Notes under the pieces: model-generated | Databases searched by the model: none | What the model was told of the DNA's origin: nothing | Seen by the model: only the letters and a program-made list of their open reading frames with translations | Origin: an uncultured delta proteobacterium | Lineage (GTDB): Bacteria; Desulfobacterota; Syntrophia; Syntrophales; UBA2192 | Direction of reading: 5' to 3' | NCBI GenBank assembly: GCA_963705165.1 | Contig: CAVPJD010000022.1 | Coordinates: 1 to 35,949, forward strand | Length of the DNA stretch: 35,949 nucleotides | Program-made: the position numbers and the translations under genes | Shown: positions 32,053 through 35,949 of the stretch, in pieces | Layout of the letters: each line of letters begins with the position of its first letter | Numbering within the stretch: position 1 is the stretch's first letter

Positions 32053-33027
32053 ATGCTTCGTTATGTGGCCAGGCGCTTCCTCTTCATGATCCCCCTCTTT
32101 TTCGGGATCACGATCATCTGTTTTTCCGTCATGCACCTCGCGCCGGGCTCGCCTACGGATCTCCAGACGGAGATGAACCCCCGCGTGACGGCCGAGATGA
32201 AGGAGCGCCTGCGGGCCATGTACGACCTCGACAAGCCGCTGCACGTCCAGTACGGCAAGTGGCTCGGACGCCTGCTCGTGCTCGATATGGGCGTATCCTT
32301 CTCGCCGGACGGCAGGCCCGTGTCGGCAAAGATCCTCGAGCGGCTTCCTATCACCGTCTTTCTGAACGTGCTCTCCATGGCCCTCATCTTTCTCATCGCC
32401 ATCCCCATCGGGGTGCTCTCGGCGGTGCGGCAGGGGTCCACCTTCGACCGGGTCATGAGCGTGTTCGTCTTCATGGGGTTTGCCATCCCGACCTTCTGGC
32501 TTGCGCTTCTGCTCATGATCCTCTTCGGCATCCACCTGGACTGGCTCCCCATCTCGGGCATCCGGTCCCTGAACTATGAATATCTGCCTCCCGCGGAGGC
32601 CTTCTGGGATTTTCTGAAGCACCTGATCCTGCCGGTTTCGATTGCGGCCTTCGGGGGGCTTGCGGGGCTTTCGCGCTACATGCGCTCCAACATGCTGGAG
32701 GTCATCCGGCAGGACTACATCACGACGGCCCGGGCCAAGGGGCTCCCGGAGCGGACGGTCATCTACAAGCACGCCCTGCGCAATGCCATGCTTCCGGTCA
32801 TCACGCTCCTGGGCCTTTCGGTCCCGGGGCTCATCGGCGGAAGCGTCATCTTCGAGACCATCTTCAGCATCCCCGGCATGGGGCAGCTCTTCTACATGGC
32901 CGTGATGGCGCGCGATTACCCCGTGGTGATGGGGATCCTTGTCATCGGCGCCGTGCTCACGCTCATCGGGAACCTGCTGGCCGATGTGTTCTATGCGCTG
33001 GCCGACCCGCGGATCCGGATCTCCTGA
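32053..33027 (+). CDS. Peptide/nickel ABC transporter permease (OppB/DppB-like)
   Basis: [21 protein letters not shown] motif, and ADPRI end. Confidence 0.93.
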   Translation: MLRYVARRFLFMIPLFFGITIICFSVMHLAPGSPTDLQTEMNPRVTAEMKERLRAMYDLDKPLHVQYGKWLGRLLVLDMGVSFSPDGRPVSAKILERLPITVFLNVLSMALIFLIAIPIGVLSAVRQGSTFDRVMSVFVFMGFAIPTFWLALLLMILFGIHLDWLPISGIRSLNYEYLPPAEAFWDFLKHLILPVSIAAFGGLAGLSRYMRSNMLEVIRQDYITTARAKGLPERTVIYKHALRNAMLPVITLLGLSVPGLIGGSVIFETIFSIPGMGQLFYMAVMARDYPVVMGILVIGAVLTLIGNLLADVFYALADPRIRIS

Positions 33028-33070
33028 GGCGGGGGGGTGTGAAAAAAATGGGGAAAAAGCGGAACGTACG

Positions 33071-33904
33071 ATGAAGACGGATTTCTGGTACCGGTTCTCA
33101 AAAAATCGACTCGCCGTGGCGGGGAGCGTCATCGTCGTTTTTCTTTTCGTCGTGTCGCTGCTGGCTCCCTGGCTTTCCCCCTTCGACCCCACGGCGATCG
33201 ATCTCAAGAACATCCTGCAGCCGCCCTCGGCGAAACACTGGTTCGGAACGGACCAGCTCGGACGCGACGTGATGTCCCGGATGATCTGGGGGGCCCAGAT
33301 CTCGCTCAAGGTGGGGTTCGTCTCCACGGGCATCGCCATTCTCATCGGGGCGATCCTCGGCTCCGTGGCGGGCTACTACGGGCGCGGGGTCGATGCCGTC
33401 ATCATGCGCTTCGTCGACATCATGCTCTGCTTCCCCACGTTCTTCCTGATCCTGGCCGTCATCGCCTTCCTGGAGCCATCGATCTGGAACATCATGATCA
33501 TTATCGGGGCCACAGGCTGGATGGGGATCACGCGCCTGGTGCGCGCCGATTTCATCTCGCTCAAGGAGCGCGATTTCGTGCAGGCCGCCCGCGTCATCGG
33601 GGCAAGCGATGCGCGGATCATCTTCATTCACGTCCTTCCCAACTGCATGGCCTCGGTGCTCGTGGCGGCAACCCTCGGGGTGGCCGGGGCGATCCTCACC
33701 GAGTCTGCCCTGAGCTTTCTCGGGATCGGCGTGCAGCCGCCCACCCCGAGCTGGGGGAACATCCTCACGGCGGGGAAGGACAACATCGACATCGCCTGGT
33801 GGCTTTCCCTGTACCCGGGGCTCGCCATCCTGGTGACGGTTCTGGGCTACAACATGTTAGGCGAAGGGATCCGGGATTCCCTCGATCCGAGGCTCCGGAG
33901 CTGA
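33071..33904 (+). CDS. Peptide/nickel ABC transporter permease (OppC/DppC-like)
   Basis: FGTDQLGRD, FVQAARVIGAS, ESALSFLGIG and LDPR motifs. Confidence 0.93.
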   Translation: MKTDFWYRFSKNRLAVAGSVIVVFLFVVSLLAPWLSPFDPTAIDLKNILQPPSAKHWFGTDQLGRDVMSRMIWGAQISLKVGFVSTGIAILIGAILGSVAGYYGRGVDAVIMRFVDIMLCFPTFFLILAVIAFLEPSIWNIMIIIGATGWMGITRLVRADFISLKERDFVQAARVIGASDARIIFIHVLPNCMASVLVAATLGVAGAILTESALSFLGIGVQPPTPSWGNILTAGKDNIDIAWWLSLYPGLAILVTVLGYNMLGEGIRDSLDPRLRS

Positions 33905-33972
33905 AAGAGGCAACAATTTGATCATTCCCGTCAAGCCGACGGGTTCAGCGCGAACTCACGAGGAGGATCGGA

Positions 33973-34155
33973 ATGAAGAAACAGGAGGCATTCAACATGG
34001 ATAGTATTGACAAGAGAATGATCGAGCTCAAGATGAAAAAGGGCGATATGACGGAAAAGTATCTCGCCAAGTACCTCTCGACGCTTCCCGACCTTGCCGG
34101 CCAGGCCGAGGAGATCCCCGCGGACCTGAACCGGAAGCGGCCGGCGAAAAGCTAG
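33973..34155 (+). CDS. Small hypothetical protein (52-60 aa)
   Basis: AGGAGG SD before both ATG 33973 and ATG 33997; stop lies 5 nt before tatD. Confidence 0.7.
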   Translation: MKKQEAFNMDSIDKRMIELKMKKGDMTEKYLAKYLSTLPDLAGQAEEIPADLNRKRPAKS

Positions 34156-34160
34156 CGCGG

Positions 34161-34931
34161 ATGGACAGGCTCATCGACTCGCATGCACACCTGGAGATGC
34201 CGCCCTTCGACCGCGACCGCGACCAGGTCATCGGCAGGGCGAAGGCGGCCGGCGTGGAGATCATCGTCACGGTGGGGACTACCGTTGAGGACTGCCGAAA
34301 GGCCCTCGAGATCACCCGCCGCTACCCCGGCGTCTACGCCGTCATCGGCGTCCATCCCCACGAGGTGAAGGACATCGACGGCGGCACCTACGCCTCGCTC
34401 AAGGAGATGGCGAAGCACGAGAAAGTGGTCGCCTACGGTGAGATCGGCCTCGATTTCTTCCGGAACCTCTCGCCCCGGGCTATACAGATCCAGCGCTTCG
34501 GGGAGCAGCTGGAGCTGGCCTCGGAGTTGAATCTTCCCGTCGTGATCCACGACCGCGACGCCCACCGGGAAACGATGAATCTCCTCAAGGGCTGGAAGGG
34601 GGGCCGGAGGGGCATCATCCACTGCTTCTCCGGCGACTACCCGATGGCCAGGCAGTGCATCGATCTGGGCTTCTACATCTCCATCCCCGGGACGGTGACC
34701 TTCGAGAAGAGCGAGAAGCTGCGCTCCATCGTGAGGGAGCTGCCCCTGGAGACGCTCCTCGTGGAAACGGACTGCCCCTACCTGACCCCGAACCCGTTTC
34801 GCGGCAAGCGCAACGAGCCCGCCTACGTGGTCCACACGGCCCGGAAGATCGCCGAGATCAAGGGAAAGCCTTTTGAAGAGGTGGCGGCCGTGACGACGGC
34901 GAATGCCAAGACACTGTTCGGCATCCCGTGA
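34161..34931 (+). CDS. tatD: TatD family hydrolase
   Basis: DSHAH, GVHPH, GEIGLD, HCFSG and ETDCPYL motifs. Confidence 0.95.
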   Translation: MDRLIDSHAHLEMPPFDRDRDQVIGRAKAAGVEIIVTVGTTVEDCRKALEITRRYPGVYAVIGVHPHEVKDIDGGTYASLKEMAKHEKVVAYGEIGLDFFRNLSPRAIQIQRFGEQLELASELNLPVVIHDRDAHRETMNLLKGWKGGRRGIIHCFSGDYPMARQCIDLGFYISIPGTVTFEKSEKLRSIVRELPLETLLVETDCPYLTPNPFRGKRNEPAYVVHTARKIAEIKGKPFEEVAAVTTANAKTLFGIP

Positions 34932-34965
34932 AAGAACGGGTACCATGCACATGAACTCGAACATA

Positions 34966-35052
34966 GAAGGTGAGTATCTAAAAGTGTGAGAAGTTGGACG
35001 AGCGGAGAGACCAAGGTTCCGACTTCTCCAGCACTCAAGCACTTCCGCCTTC
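34966..35052. repeat. Highly degenerate two-armed octamer array
   Basis: GAAGGTGA..AAGTGTGA GAAGTTGG; CCGACTTC..CAGCACTC AAGCACTT CCGCCTTC. Confidence 0.4.
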
Positions 35053-35949
35053 TTTTTCCTTCTTTTGCCAGGTATCCCCGGATTCCCCGGATGCTGTTGA
35101 AGCAGAAGTTGCGCTCGCGGGCCTGGATGTCCTTCGGCAGCGATTGCCAGCCCGCCATGTCCGGGTCGTTGGCGATGAGTCGGCCAGGACGGATTCCTCG
35201 AAGGGATCGCTTCCCTGCCTTGAAGTGCCTCTCCACCGTGTCCACCCAGAAGTCGAGCTGCCTCCCGGCCCGTTCGAACAGGGCCGCCGCATCCTGCCTG
35301 CAGCCGTAGTGGCCGAGGCAGACAAGCGACACGTCCAAAGCGGCCGCTTTCGCGATGGACTCCCGGAAGGTCTCGTGCCGGAAGGGCGGCGGGGTCGCGG
35401 GGCGGGCTTAAACCCTTCGTCGAGAGGGACATAAACACCTGCGATCTCTCCGGCAAAGAGGATGTCCCCCACCCGGTACGAGACATGGTGCGGCGCGTGC
35501 CCGGGCGTCTCGATGACCTCGATGAACGCTCCCCCGAGATCGATCCTGTCACGGAAGGAGATGCCTGACTCGGGCACCGGCGCCATCTCGCCATAGGCCT
35601 CGGCGACTCTCCCCAGAACCTGATGGATTCCTCCCACAGCTTTTGCGGGGCCACCATATGCGGAATCCCCTTGGGGTGGCCGTTGATCCTTGCTCGGGGA
35701 AGTGCCTCAGAAGCTGGCCCGTTCCGCCGGCGTGATCTAGGTGAATGTGGGTGAGAAGGACGTGGTCGACTCGGTCGACACCGGCCTGTTTCAATCGCTC
35801 CACGAGGTACGGGATGGTGGACACCAGTCCCGGGTCTACGAGAAGCGTCGCCCCGTTGACCCTGTAGAGCCATGCGCTGATGAACTTCCGGAACCCCTCG
35901 AGGGCCTGATCGATGTCGATCAGGTAAAGGTTGTCGCGAGTCTTGCTGA
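35035..35949 (-). pseudogene. MBL-fold hydrolase broken by about 5 frameshifts (probably consensus errors); start lies outside the window, stop uncertain
   Basis: THIHLDHAGG, HPKG, TPGHAPHH, RPATPP and GHYG fall in successive different frames. Confidence 0.75.

Overview
GC-rich core-genome window from a deltaproteobacterium (Desulfobacterota; the 16S and gene content suggest Syntrophales, by eye only). Plus strand first: partial ymdB, tyrS, a complete rRNA operon (16S, tRNA-Ile, tRNA-Ala, 23S, 5S), yebC-ruvC-ruvA-ruvB-queH, then lpxC with a sigma-54 promoter, an NtrY-like kinase and an NAD-dependent epimerase. A long minus-strand block follows, listed by coordinate: NtrX-like regulator, lipoprotein, Lon-type protease, dnaJ, purC, MBL hydrolase, rsmB, fmt, priA, dksA, rfaE2-type adenylyltransferase, comF, rsfS. 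The window ends with a TIM-barrel gene, two peptide ABC permeases, a small ORF, tatD and a frameshift-riddled MBL gene. No transposase, prophage or CRISPR array was seen. The unexplained structure is non-coding. (1) About 11 gene junctions carry degenerate 7- or 8-nt tandem arrays, mostly two-armed and always G-rich arm first; one has a 24-nt REP-like sequence inserted in register. (2) A promoter-driven structured RNA candidate of about 140 nt lies upstream of dnaJ. (3) lpxC has a full sigma-54 promoter architecture. Frameshifts in the last 5 kb look like consensus errors. All calls are by eye; no searches were run.
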